Positions 25,801 through 35,544 of a stretch of 64,000 nt of DNA are shown here, piece after piece. Within the stretch, counting starts at the first letter, position 1. Each line of letters starts with the position of its first letter. Position numbers and translations under genes: made by a program. Origin of the DNA: Auanema rhodensis (lineage: Eukaryota > Animalia > Nematoda); assembly GCA_964057225.1 (NCBI GenBank), contig OZ059900.1, forward strand, positions 14,322,001-14,386,000. Reading direction: 5' to 3'. The notes beneath the pieces are model-generated. The model was not told the DNA's origin, did no database searches, and saw only the letters and a list, made by a program, of their open reading frames with translations.

Positions 25801-26267
25801 GCGGATACTCACCACTATACTACCGAGGATTGAGTTTGCACTTAGAAACTTTCATTAAGAGTGTGAGTTTGAATTATAGTAGAAAAATGAAACACTGTCT
25901 CTAACATATCTTGATTTATGGCCTACTTTACTCAAAGAGCTAATTGAAGTTTGGTGTTAAAATGAACAATTGATTAAAGCTGACGTTCCGTTTTTTTTCA
26001 TCGTAATTGAGATAGAACATTTAAATTAAATAGAAATGTTTGAAAAGTTAGAAAAAAACACAAGCTCAAATCACTTTTGAAAAAACAGAAAGTTTAAAAC
26101 AACCTTTTTTCTAATAATTATCGTTTTTATCCGACTTTTTGAAGAAAACAAAAATAGCATAACATTCAATAACGATGAATCAGAACAAAAACATTCTCCC
26201 CGGCCGGGAATTGAACCCGGGTCTCGCATGTGACAGACGCGGATACTCACCACTATACTACCGAGGA
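10849..26267 (-). tRNA. Block of ~36 tandem tRNA-Asp(GTC) genes (first 10849-10920, last 26196-26267); a minority are variants or likely pseudogenes
   Basis: Same 72-mer every ~438.5 bp. Confidence 0.95.
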
Positions 26268-26338
26268 CTGAATTTGCACTTAGAAACTTTCATTGAGAGT
26301 GTGAGTTTGAATTAAAGTAGAAAAATGAAACACTGTCT

Positions 26339-26638
26339 TGTCGCTTCGGCGAAGGTATTCCGTGTGATAGTTTTCCGCTGAGATTCGAATAACAAATAAT
26401 CAGTGGTAGAATGCTTTATTAAAGAGACAGTTAACAATATCAACACAATATAGATCGTCTATACTCCGTTGAAGTAAGTTGAGGTATATCGTATTTTCCG
26501 ATCCCAAAGATGAAGATATGGGAAGGCGGGCCGAAAAGTACAATCTGAAATAGACAAAGTAAAGGAAAACGATAAAAACAAAACTGAAATGGAACAAAAC
26601 ATAGAAAAAAGAATAAAAAATAATCGCTAACCGCGACA
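26339..26638 (-). repeat. 3' LTR of the BEL/Pao element
   Basis: Identical by eye to 34944-35243; AATAAA (minus) at 26415-26420. Confidence 0.97.
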
Positions 26639-26648
26639 CTGCCGCCGC
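26639..26648 (-). other. Putative plus-strand primer (PPT-equivalent) GCGGCGGCAG
   Basis: G-rich tract abutting the 3' LTR; not a pure purine run. Confidence 0.5.
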
Positions 26649-26746
26649 AGCTAAGCCATTGGCCTTTTGCGACGTTGTCCGTCGCATAATGACCCATGAT
26701 GCTTATATAGTAAGATTTTTAAGGATAGTACGGAATTAGTTCAATG

Positions 26747-29700
26747 TTAAAATCTTCTATCAAAACAAAGATTTCTAAGAATAAAGAAAAACTTGGTTGT
26801 TGTATCTATTATGATTTTAATAGTACGGAAAGCTTTGATCAAGAAAAAATAAATGGCTGGAGTACAACCTAGGTATCCCAAAAAACATATGATGATCAGA
26901 AAAACAACGCAGATTGAAAACATCATCCAGTGTTCTTTAAAAAGTTTCAAAAAAGGAATTATGTCAGGTATTATAACTGAATTCTGATTTGAATGAATTT
27001 CATTTGGTTCGTTAGTAGATGAATTGAAATATAATTGTCCCGTTACAATTATATCAATTTTTTCATGATTACATTTAGTATGACAAACTTCATTTATAAT
27101 TGAATTATCTCTTTTAATATTGATATTTGTAATTTCATTGAAGGGTGAACATTTAATCATGAATACATCTTTTGAACACTCGATCGGTATCCATGTTTCT
27201 TTAGATGACATACAAGAAAACAATGCAGATGCACCCTGCCCACAGGAATAACATCCGGAGAGACTGATCAATAAGGGACGACAAGGTATATCATAGGAAA
27301 ATGTATTACTGTCATATAAAAGTTCAGAATCAATTGAAACTGTAGTTTCATCAGACTGAGTTCGAAAAGTTAAGGATGTATCGGGTTTATAGATTGTTTC
27401 CGTATTTGCCATATACGGAGGTAAAATATGAGAAAAATGTGTGAAATTATGTTGTGGACATATACAGCCAGCAACATCATTATTGATTTTGTTACAAGTA
27501 CAATCGATAACCGTTGTACATCTTGAAAAATTGTCGGAAGTGTCTGCCTTCGAAATACATTGTACCATAAATGGAAAATGTGGTTCAACAGCAAAGATTT
27601 GATTGTTTGAAGCAACAAAATAATAATTATGAAGTGGAGTAGGAGGTTTGTCTTGTGTATTGATCGTCATATTGAAAAAAGAGTAATTCATCTTCAAATA
27701 TGGTGGAATTGTGATATTATAAATATTTTTATCTTTAACAATATGTGTTGTAATTTCAAAAGTTGAAGATGTTGTCCAATCTTCACATTTAAATACTTCA
27801 AATATGTCGTCCGAAGTAGGTACATGTTCTAATTTGTAGAAAAGACAAGGGTTTTCCCAAAATGTCAAACAACGCCATATATGTGCTGAGGACCGGACAC
27901 ATTTGGATTGTGTTGGATAATTATATGGTTCGAATTCAGAAATACGAGAGCGATGATTCATAGTTTCACAAGTTTGATCACAAGATCCCATATGAGCACA
28001 TCGAAAATCAACAGTTAGTTTAGGCAAAGTAGCCTTTGTAAAAAATTTTGTGGTTTTCTTACATTCATAACTTGTATATAATTTTCGAATTTGAATATAA
28101 CCAATAGAATGATTTTTAAATTTTATATCCAGGCATAAATCTTTAACTCCAGGAGAAAAAACTATTTGATCACTATATTGGTGATAACATTGAGTACGAT
28201 TCAGACAATGTGTAGAAACCGAATGAATAACGTGATGATCGGTACAAGCAGTAGCATTATTAATCAGAAATATCGTTAGTATACTGATAATTGATAATCG
28301 AGAACCTCTTTTCCAAAATGGAGGATATAATTTAGGTTCTATATGTGGAATATTCTCAGATGAAGTTGGAGGAGGTTCAATAACTCCCAATTCAATATCA
28401 TTCTGTTCCGGAGTATGAGGTCTAAGTGTGAAAAAAGAAGATATGTAACGAATAGTATTAGACCAGGAATTATATCGATATTGATGGAATCCTATGCGTA
28501 TACAACAACAAAGGATGCCAAATAAACAACAAAGTGGCAAGAACAATGACCACATGGCAAGATGAGGAGCACAATGTGGGTTTCCAAGCAAATGTATGGA
28601 TAAAAACTTTGCCTCATCACATACTACAGAATTTGCAGATGCTACGGGTAAAAATATCGATATTATTGTAAAAATTAAAATTGCAGACGTCATTGCTGAT
28701 TTGAAATTCTTTCGCGAAGCGTAGGTGATGTGATCCCGTAAAGGTAAGGTGCGAACACGGTTTGCGTTTGTTTCAGTAGATGGTTTTACGTCGTTTTGGT
28801 CAATGGTAGGCAAAATTATGGTTTGTTTTGCTTTACTTATATTTTTCTTTTGTAATTTTTTACGATTATCGTCAGGCGTATGACCTGGACCCCATAATTG
28901 TAATTCAGCTTCTTCCTCAAGGATCGGATTATGTATCGAAGAAATTTTGGACGTAGGTATGTAAATTTTTTGAGGATTATTAATATCTATTGGTTCAGGA
29001 CATGTAACCGCATTGTTCGTTTCATGGATTGAAGGTACAGGTGAGTTTGATCTTATAATATATTCCTGTATTGGTTGAGCATCAAGGTTCATCATATCCG
29101 AAGCAGATCCTACCTTCAAAGACAATGAAGTGTCTTCGGAAGGAGTAGATTGAGGAATTGATGTCATATCAGGTAGAACACTTCGTAATTCAAGTGGATA
29201 TAGATGATTTAAGGAACGAGATATGATGTTCCCAGCTGGAGTGAGAACTTTAGCTGTACGAATGAATCCATCAGAACTACTTATAAGTTCTGTGATTCGA
29301 CCAAGTTTCCATTGACCACGAGGTAAGTTATCGTTATGTATAACTACAATTTCACCAATATTAGGTTTATTGGCATTTGCTGAAGGTTGTTTTCGGGAAT
29401 GTTTGTATATATCACGAATATATATCAAATATTCTGTTTGAAATTTATCCCAAAACATCGTAGCTGCATCAGAAGTAAGTTGTAAAGTTTCTAATGCTTG
29501 TTCAACGTTTTGTATTACAGGAATATCAATGGAATTATTATAAACTCGAGAACCACAATCATCCGGTAGGGAAAGAACAAGACCAGGCGAAATGAAATCG
29601 ACAGGACGAATAGGTACGTGATTTATATTATTTGGATCTGGATGTGTTAAAGGCCTTGTGTTAATGACTGCTTCAATTTTGACAATTAAAGTTAATAATT

Positions 29701-32700
29701 CATCAAATGTTAATTTATTTCTTTGTATTGCCTTTTTCATTGCATTTTTAGTAATTCCCACCATTCTTTCCCAAGAACCTCCTTTCCATGGAGACTTAGG
29801 TGTGTTAAAGAGCCAATTTATGTTATTTTTGGCTAGATGGACTACAATATCAGCTGGGGTGAAATTAAATTCAGCTGATTTTTGTATTGTCTCAATTAAT
29901 TGAGCTCCGAGAATAAAATTACCCCCACAATCACTTCGCATTGTGGTTGGTAAACCTCGTCGGGATATGAAACGAGTGAAAGCGTTCATAAATGAAGTCG
30001 CTGTTTGATCATAGACCATTTCAAGATGAATGGCACGTATGGTTAAGCAAGTAAAAAGACATACATAGACCTTATGTCCACTTTTAAGCATAATAGGTCC
30101 AAATAAGTCGCAACCAGTGTTAAGAAATGGTTTAGTTAATATCACTCTATCTTTAGGCAATGAAGGCATATCAGGAGTGCCATATGGTAAAGATTGATAT
30201 TTATTGCATAAATGACATTTCTTCAAAGTTTGTTTTATAATTGCTGCAGCGCGAGCAATAAAATAAGTTTGACGAAGATGTGTGATCAAAAATTCTTTTC
30301 CTTGATGAAAAGATGCGCGATGAGCGTCCATAATTATGTGTTGAGTGAATAATGAGTTGCGAGGAAGATAAATTGGGTTTTTTGTATCATAGGATAGTAA
30401 AGAATTTTGTAATCGGCTTCTTACTCGAATTATCTCGTTATCATCATGATAGAAATGATAACCAGGATATTGTCGTCGTAAATCATTAATAATGAGATGA
30501 TCTTGAGCTTGTCGAATTAAAATAGTACGTATTATCTTCAAATCAGTTGTTAAAACGGGATATGATGTTGATATTTGTGAAATATTTCGTAATTTATGTC
30601 CATTTTGATTTTTAAATGTTTTTAAATGCCAAATTTTTATAATTTTAGCCAAACGGGCTAACAAACGTAAAGTTGCAAAATGACCGTTATGATAAGCTAG
30701 GTTATGTTCCAAGGGTACAGATATAGCTTGAGCTATAAGTAATGATACAGGTGAAACATGCATCACTTGCAAGGAACCATATGGTGTTAAAGCTTGAACG
30801 GTTCTGTTAAGAATCCACTGTGGTCCAAGAAGCCACATAGACTCCTGAAGTTGATATTTATTGGCTCCTCGTGAACCAATGTCAGCCGGATTATAATCCG
30901 TAGTAACGTGGTAAAATTGAACATTAATCGAATGTTCTTCTAATACACGGGTCATATGTTGTACATTTTGAACTTGTTTTGCTATGAAGTCAGGTAATTG
31001 CTTATTTGTTAAAATCCATGATAACGCAATGCTGCTATCACTTACAATATTTAGTTTTTTACATGGTAATTCCATTAATATTGTGTGAGAAAGTCTCATA
31101 GCTAATCGAATAGCTAAGAGTTCCATGCGTGGAATTGTAATTGGTGTTTTAGGAGATAAGCGGCTTTTACCTGCTAGAATAGAACTCATTTTGTTGTTTG
31201 TCTGTATGTAAGCACACACAGCTAACGCTGTTGAACTAGCGTCAGCAAAGACCCATAATGTACCTTCTTCAATAGATGGTGATAGTACACGAGGTACAGT
31301 AACCTTAGCATAATTAATCTCGTTAATTATTGATGTCCAAGAGGCTGATAATTCAGAAGGTATAGTATCATCCCATTCTGTTTTAAGTGCAAAAATATCT
31401 CTAAGAATAACCTTCAAGGGTAAAATTAATGGATTTGTTATACCCAAAGGATCATAAACTGAATGTAATTGTTGTAATGCGTTTCGTTTGGTTACTGTAG
31501 AGAGTTCCGGTATATTGAATCGAATTGAAAGGGAATCACTTAAAGCATTATAAGGTACTCCAAGAATTTTTAGTGGACAATCAGAGAGAATATCATCTTT
31601 ATGAAGGTGCTGAAGAGCTTCTGACTTATTCGATGCGAATTCACGAACATGCATCGAAATATTTTGAAATAATTGTTGTGTAAGTGAACATTTCTGTTGA
31701 GCTTCATCTATACTATCAGCAAATAATAGAATATTATCTACATATAATGTATTTAATATTTCATCTGATAAGTCAGTATTCAAAGAGCTTAAATACCAAT
31801 TTACACTCATGTTTAGAATGCTAGGTGAGGCAGTCAATCCAAATGGTATGCGTTTGAATCGAAAAACCTTAGTATTACTTGAGTTACAACTTCCTTGAGG
31901 ATCCTTTACCCAAAAGAAACGGCAAAGATCCCGATGTTGCTTCTGTAAGCCTACTTGTAAAAAGGCTGATTGAATATCACAAGTAATAATGATTGGTTTT
32001 ATTCTTGAAGCAATGAGAATGTTGAAAATATTGTTCACAAAACTTTTTCCAGTATATAGTATGTCGTTAAGGGATAATTTACCCTTAGTTTTAGCTGAAG
32101 CATCGAAAACAACTCGTAAAGGTTTATTCGGCTTGTTTGTATTCCATACCCCATGATGTGGAATATAATGACATATAATATCAGAATTATGATTATTGTT
32201 GGAAGTTTCGAAAGGAACTTCTTCAATGATACCGTTATCGATATAATCATCAATAATTTTCCTGTACATTTCCAATTTCGAAGGATTTGCTTGTAAAGTT
32301 TTGAACAATGCCAAAAATCGATAAAAGGCTAAACCTTTATTATCTGGTAATTGATGATAATTTGATTTCAATGGTAAAGGAGCTTCAATACGATGATTGG
32401 TTAGTGTCAACTGTTTTGAATAATCTTCGTAATAATCAATAGTTGTGTCAATTCCAGCTTCAGAAGTATTAATTCCTAAGCTATCAATTTCAAATATGTA
32501 TCGAAGCATATCATTATGTTGTAATGGTTTATCATTAATTGTTATTAACGTAACAGAATGATTTTGATATGGTATTTCCCCATACAAGGTATAACCGAAA
32601 CTGGTATTCTGCATTCGTAATGTAGAGGGTAACTCAAGTTCAGAATTCATATGAACGAATAACTTATAGCGATCTAATCCAATTAGAATATCTGGTTCAA

Positions 32701-34660
32701 ATGCCTGACCATCAATCATTGGATTAGCTAAAGTTATATTGTTTCTTTTAATGAATGAACGATCATTATTGTCTAAAAGTGGAGCTCTTAATGATGTAGC
32801 TATGAATGGTTTCGTAAGCATGTTGGTTATGATGATACTGCCATTAGAAGTATAAAAAATAGTTTTCACTTCTTTACATTCATGTGTTTCGCTGAGGCCA
32901 CCTATTCCAAAGAATGTGCGATGTTGAACTTTGTTAATAGGCAATTGAAGATCCTTAGCTATATCACTACGTATGAAAGACCGCATAGAGCCACTGTCAA
33001 TCACTACCTTTACTGTGATATATTTATTTTGTGTGTAACTGAATATATGTGTCATAGCTGTTTTCAATACAATTTGACTCATCTCGATATCATGGGTATC
33101 CTCGGTATGTGTAAGCAATTGTAATTGTGTATTCTTAGGTTCAGTAACTATTAATGTTACTGGTAGATGATTGAAAAATGCTGGTTGTACTGTAGGTACT
33201 GTTTGTGATACAGTTGGTGTAGAAATGATGTCATTTTTATTTTGTGAGACTGTAAGGTCTGGAGTTTGTTTTCCTGCACTTTCTGTTATGATCATGCTTG
33301 TGGACGATATAGGTTTTACAGGACTCTTTGTTTCACGATCTAAATTTAGACATAAGCAACTGTTATGCTCATTTTTGCATTTCGGGCATTTCGGTCGAGA
33401 ACAATCACGACTGCGATGTGAAGTAGAGAAACAAAGCCAGCATACTTCTTTGTTCTTTAAGATTTCACGTTTTTTCTGTGGTGTGTCATAAGTACGGCAA
33501 TAATAAGATGGATGTCCTTCTTTACCACAAAAAACACAAGTCCAAATTTTTTTAGTGGATTTGTCGAAAGTTTTATCAACATGTTTTCCACGATTTGGTG
33601 AATTATGTGAGTCATGTTCTGAATTTCGTTTTCTAGTGTCCATTAAACTGAATTCATAAATTCGTGAAGAGAGATGTTGATAAATGTCATCCATTGATTG
33701 ATCTAGAGGATCTGGTTGACGATATAGTTCACTCATTATATAATGAGGAAATTTTTCAGCGCAAATAGCAAAGAAAAATTCAGGACCAATATGACTTCCA
33801 GCGGCTGTAATTTGACGATCATAGCTTTGGATCAAATCAAATAATTGCTTACAGCTTTTTGCATCAGAAGCAGGAGATAAATTTTTCATTTTCCTCAATA
33901 ATTGAAGTTTATCTGTAGCATATCTCATATATGCATTTTCAAGTGCTTTTCTCAGTAAGAGATAGTTGTTTTCATTAGGTTCAATACCCCTTATAACGAC
34001 CAAAGCTTTATCGGATAAGCCTTCGAGTAAAATGTTCACTTTATCAAGTATGGAATATTGTGGATTTTGATGTATCATGTTATTAAATCTTGACCAATAC
34101 AGTTTGAAATTTTCGGGTGTACCATCGAAAGTCGGTATTTGTGTTACCGGACGTTGAATATGATTGCTTGTTTGTAACAATTGTAATAAATTTGAATAAA
34201 TTTGTGTTGTTTCGGTACCAGTGCTTTCGATTACTTTTTCTTTCTTTTTCTCGGGAAGTAGTGATTCCACGAATGCAATTGCTGTTTTAATATGACTGAT
34301 ACGGTCAAGGAGTAATAATCTTTGTTCGTCAGCTATATTGTAAGCTTGACGATTGTTTGGATTTTCTTCAAGTTCTTCGTATAATGCTTTCATTTCGTTT
34401 CGAAGATCCTTATCAGAATCTTTGAAAACGGTTTGGTATTTTTCTATGTTTCTGTTCACTGTGTCGAGAGCAGTAGAGAGCTCGTTCAATACCAATTCAT
34501 GATTGCGTAAAGTTGATTGCAGTAAAATAATTCTATCGTATGTTATTTCTGAATCAGATACCCCGGCGGGTTCGTTGTCGAGAAGATTTGCGTAACGTTT
34601 GAGCAAAACGGATAAGAAGTCGTATGAACGACGAATGTCGCCAACAAATGAGGAGGCCAT
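26747..34660 (-). CDS. 2637-aa Gag-PR-RT-RNaseH-IN-Env polyprotein
   Basis: Three Cys-His knuckles (CVFCGKEGHPSYYC, CWLCFSTSHRSRDC, CPKCKNEHNSCLC); PR VIDSGS; RT RVVFDAS, DIQSAF, YVDN; RNase H FADAS, RMEL, SDS, NPAD; IN H-H-CxxC, DLFGP, SDCGGNF, WERMVG; RGQWKLGRI; then glycoprotein. Confidence 0.97.
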   Translation of the reverse strand: MASSFVGDIRRSYDFLSVLLKRYANLLDNEPAGVSDSEITYDRIILLQSTLRNHELVLNELSTALDTVNRNIEKYQTVFKDSDKDLRNEMKALYEELEENPNNRQAYNIADEQRLLLLDRISHIKTAIAFVESLLPEKKKEKVIESTGTETTQIYSNLLQLLQTSNHIQRPVTQIPTFDGTPENFKLYWSRFNNMIHQNPQYSILDKVNILLEGLSDKALVVIRGIEPNENNYLLLRKALENAYMRYATDKLQLLRKMKNLSPASDAKSCKQLFDLIQSYDRQITAAGSHIGPEFFFAICAEKFPHYIMSELYRQPDPLDQSMDDIYQHLSSRIYEFSLMDTRKRNSEHDSHNSPNRGKHVDKTFDKSTKKIWTCVFCGKEGHPSYYCRTYDTPQKKREILKNKEVCWLCFSTSHRSRDCSRPKCPKCKNEHNSCLCLNLDRETKSPVKPISSTSMIITESAGKQTPDLTVSQNKNDIISTPTVSQTVPTVQPAFFNHLPVTLIVTEPKNTQLQLLTHTEDTHDIEMSQIVLKTAMTHIFSYTQNKYITVKVVIDSGSMRSFIRSDIAKDLQLPINKVQHRTFFGIGGLSETHECKEVKTIFYTSNGSIIITNMLTKPFIATSLRAPLLDNNDRSFIKRNNITLANPMIDGQAFEPDILIGLDRYKLFVHMNSELELPSTLRMQNTSFGYTLYGEIPYQNHSVTLITINDKPLQHNDMLRYIFEIDSLGINTSEAGIDTTIDYYEDYSKQLTLTNHRIEAPLPLKSNYHQLPDNKGLAFYRFLALFKTLQANPSKLEMYRKIIDDYIDNGIIEEVPFETSNNNHNSDIICHYIPHHGVWNTNKPNKPLRVVFDASAKTKGKLSLNDILYTGKSFVNNIFNILIASRIKPIIITCDIQSAFLQVGLQKQHRDLCRFFWVKDPQGSCNSSNTKVFRFKRIPFGLTASPSILNMSVNWYLSSLNTDLSDEILNTLYVDNILLFADSIDEAQQKCSLTQQLFQNISMHVREFASNKSEALQHLHKDDILSDCPLKILGVPYNALSDSLSIRFNIPELSTVTKRNALQQLHSVYDPLGITNPLILPLKVILRDIFALKTEWDDTIPSELSASWTSIINEINYAKVTVPRVLSPSIEEGTLWVFADASSTALAVCAYIQTNNKMSSILAGKSRLSPKTPITIPRMELLAIRLAMRLSHTILMELPCKKLNIVSDSSIALSWILTNKQLPDFIAKQVQNVQHMTRVLEEHSINVQFYHVTTDYNPADIGSRGANKYQLQESMWLLGPQWILNRTVQALTPYGSLQVMHVSPVSLLIAQAISVPLEHNLAYHNGHFATLRLLARLAKIIKIWHLKTFKNQNGHKLRNISQISTSYPVLTTDLKIIRTILIRQAQDHLIINDLRRQYPGYHFYHDDNEIIRVRSRLQNSLLSYDTKNPIYLPRNSLFTQHIIMDAHRASFHQGKEFLITHLRQTYFIARAAAIIKQTLKKCHLCNKYQSLPYGTPDMPSLPKDRVILTKPFLNTGCDLFGPIMLKSGHKVYVCLFTCLTIRAIHLEMVYDQTATSFMNAFTRFISRRGLPTTMRSDCGGNFILGAQLIETIQKSAEFNFTPADIVVHLAKNNINWLFNTPKSPWKGGSWERMVGITKNAMKKAIQRNKLTFDELLTLIVKIEAVINTRPLTHPDPNNINHVPIRPVDFISPGLVLSLPDDCGSRVYNNSIDIPVIQNVEQALETLQLTSDAATMFWDKFQTEYLIYIRDIYKHSRKQPSANANKPNIGEIVVIHNDNLPRGQWKLGRITELISSSDGFIRTAKVLTPAGNIISRSLNHLYPLELRSVLPDMTSIPQSTPSEDTSLSLKVGSASDMMNLDAQPIQEYIIRSNSPVPSIHETNNAVTCPEPIDINNPQKIYIPTSKISSIHNPILEEEAELQLWGPGHTPDDNRKKLQKKNISKAKQTIILPTIDQNDVKPSTETNANRVRTLPLRDHITYASRKNFKSAMTSAILIFTIISIFLPVASANSVVCDEAKFLSIHLLGNPHCAPHLAMWSLFLPLCCLFGILCCCIRIGFHQYRYNSWSNTIRYISSFFTLRPHTPEQNDIELGVIEPPPTSSENIPHIEPKLYPPFWKRGSRLSIISILTIFLINNATACTDHHVIHSVSTHCLNRTQCYHQYSDQIVFSPGVKDLCLDIKFKNHSIGYIQIRKLYTSYECKKTTKFFTKATLPKLTVDFRCAHMGSCDQTCETMNHRSRISEFEPYNYPTQSKCVRSSAHIWRCLTFWENPCLFYKLEHVPTSDDIFEVFKCEDWTTSSTFEITTHIVKDKNIYNITIPPYLKMNYSFFNMTINTQDKPPTPLHNYYFVASNNQIFAVEPHFPFMVQCISKADTSDNFSRCTTVIDCTCNKINNDVAGCICPQHNFTHFSHILPPYMANTETIYKPDTSLTFRTQSDETTVSIDSELLYDSNTFSYDIPCRPLLISLSGCYSCGQGASALFSCMSSKETWIPIECSKDVFMIKCSPFNEITNINIKRDNSIINEVCHTKCNHEKIDIIVTGQLYFNSSTNEPNEIHSNQNSVIIPDIIPFLKLFKEHWMMFSICVVFLIIICFLGYLGCTPAIYFFLIKAFRTIKIIIDTTTKFFFILRNLCFDRRF
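26750..28246 (-). other. env: Phlebovirus Gc-like class II fusion glycoprotein domain (499 aa)
   Basis: Signal ..LINNATA|CTDHH, RCAHMGSC, PCLFYK, FKCEDW, LSGCYSCGQGA and a C-terminal transmembrane helix; cysteine pattern of bunyaviral Gc as known from nematode Cer13/Atlas-type elements. Confidence 0.88.
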
Positions 34661-34929
34661 TTCTAACGCTGTGTGAGGCGTAATAGGTAAGCTTCTATAG
34701 CTGATAATGATGAATAAAATTCAGAAAATGAGAGAGAACAAGAAATGAAAGTTGTACAAAGTACAACAAATGAGTATGAGATATACGACTTGTCGTATCT
34801 TGGAGCGTTATTATGCTCCGAAATTATATCGATTACTGCAGGCAAATTCACGCCTGAGCTGATGGACTTAAGAGTCGCCACCAAATTAAATGATAAAGTA
34901 CCTGTTGAAGCAGTGACCTGAGTCGTGAT

Positions 34930-34942
34930 GGTCGATGCACCA
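34930..34942 (-). other. Primer-binding site TGGTGCATCGACC for tRNA-Gly(GCC)
   Basis: 1 nt inside the 5' LTR boundary; complementary to ..GGTCGATGCA-CCA, the nematode tRNA-Gly(GCC) 3' end as I recall it. Confidence 0.88.
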
Positions 34943-34943
34943 A

Positions 34944-35243
34944 TGTCGCTTCGGCGAAGGTATTCCGTGTGATAGTTTTCCGCTGAGATTCGAATAACAA
35001 ATAATCAGTGGTAGAATGCTTTATTAAAGAGACAGTTAACAATATCAACACAATATAGATCGTCTATACTCCGTTGAAGTAAGTTGAGGTATATCGTATT
35101 TTCCGATCCCAAAGATGAAGATATGGGAAGGCGGGCCGAAAAGTACAATCTGAAATAGACAAAGTAAAGGAAAACGATAAAAACAAAACTGAAATGGAAC
35201 AAAACATAGAAAAAAGAATAAAAAATAATCGCTAACCGCGACA
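34944..35243 (-). repeat. 5' LTR of the BEL/Pao element
   Basis: 300 bp, TG..CA, adjacent to the PBS. Confidence 0.97.
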
Positions 35244-35544
35244 TGTCTCTAAGATATCTTGATTTATGGCCTACTTTACTCAAAGAGCTAATTGAAGTTT
35301 GGTGTTAGAATGAACAATTGATTAACGCTGACGTTTCAATTTTTTTCATCGTAGTTGAGATAGAACATTTAAATTAAATGGAAATGTTTAACAATTTAGA
35401 AAAAAAACACAAGCTCAAATCACTTTTGAAAAAGCAGAAAGTTTAAAATAACCTTTTTTCTAATAATTATCTTTTTAATTCGACTTTTGGAAGAAAACAA
35501 AAATAGCATAACATTCAATAACGATGAATCAGAACAAAAACATT

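Larger units (their letters stand above)
26339..35243 (-). mobile_element. Full-length BEL/Pao (Belpaoviridae) LTR retrotransposon / endogenous virus with phlebovirus-like env, 8905 bp
   Basis: Two 300-bp LTRs with TGTCGC..GCGACA termini, 5-bp TSD TGTCT (26334-26338 and 35244-35248), PBS and a single intact ORF. Confidence 0.97.

Noticed and set aside
26334-26343. TSD TGTCT resembles the LTR start TGTCG, suggesting homology-directed insertion
   Set aside because: A 4-bp similarity is expected by chance, and the clean 5-bp duplication indicates normal integrase action.
26400-26697. Phe-rich 85-95 aa ORFs in the LTRs (also 35005-35283)
   Set aside because: Translation of the T-rich LTR strand; they cross element boundaries.
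34871-34883. TGGTGGCGACTCT as a second PBS
   Set aside because: 60 nt from the LTR and no tRNA 3' end that I can match to it.
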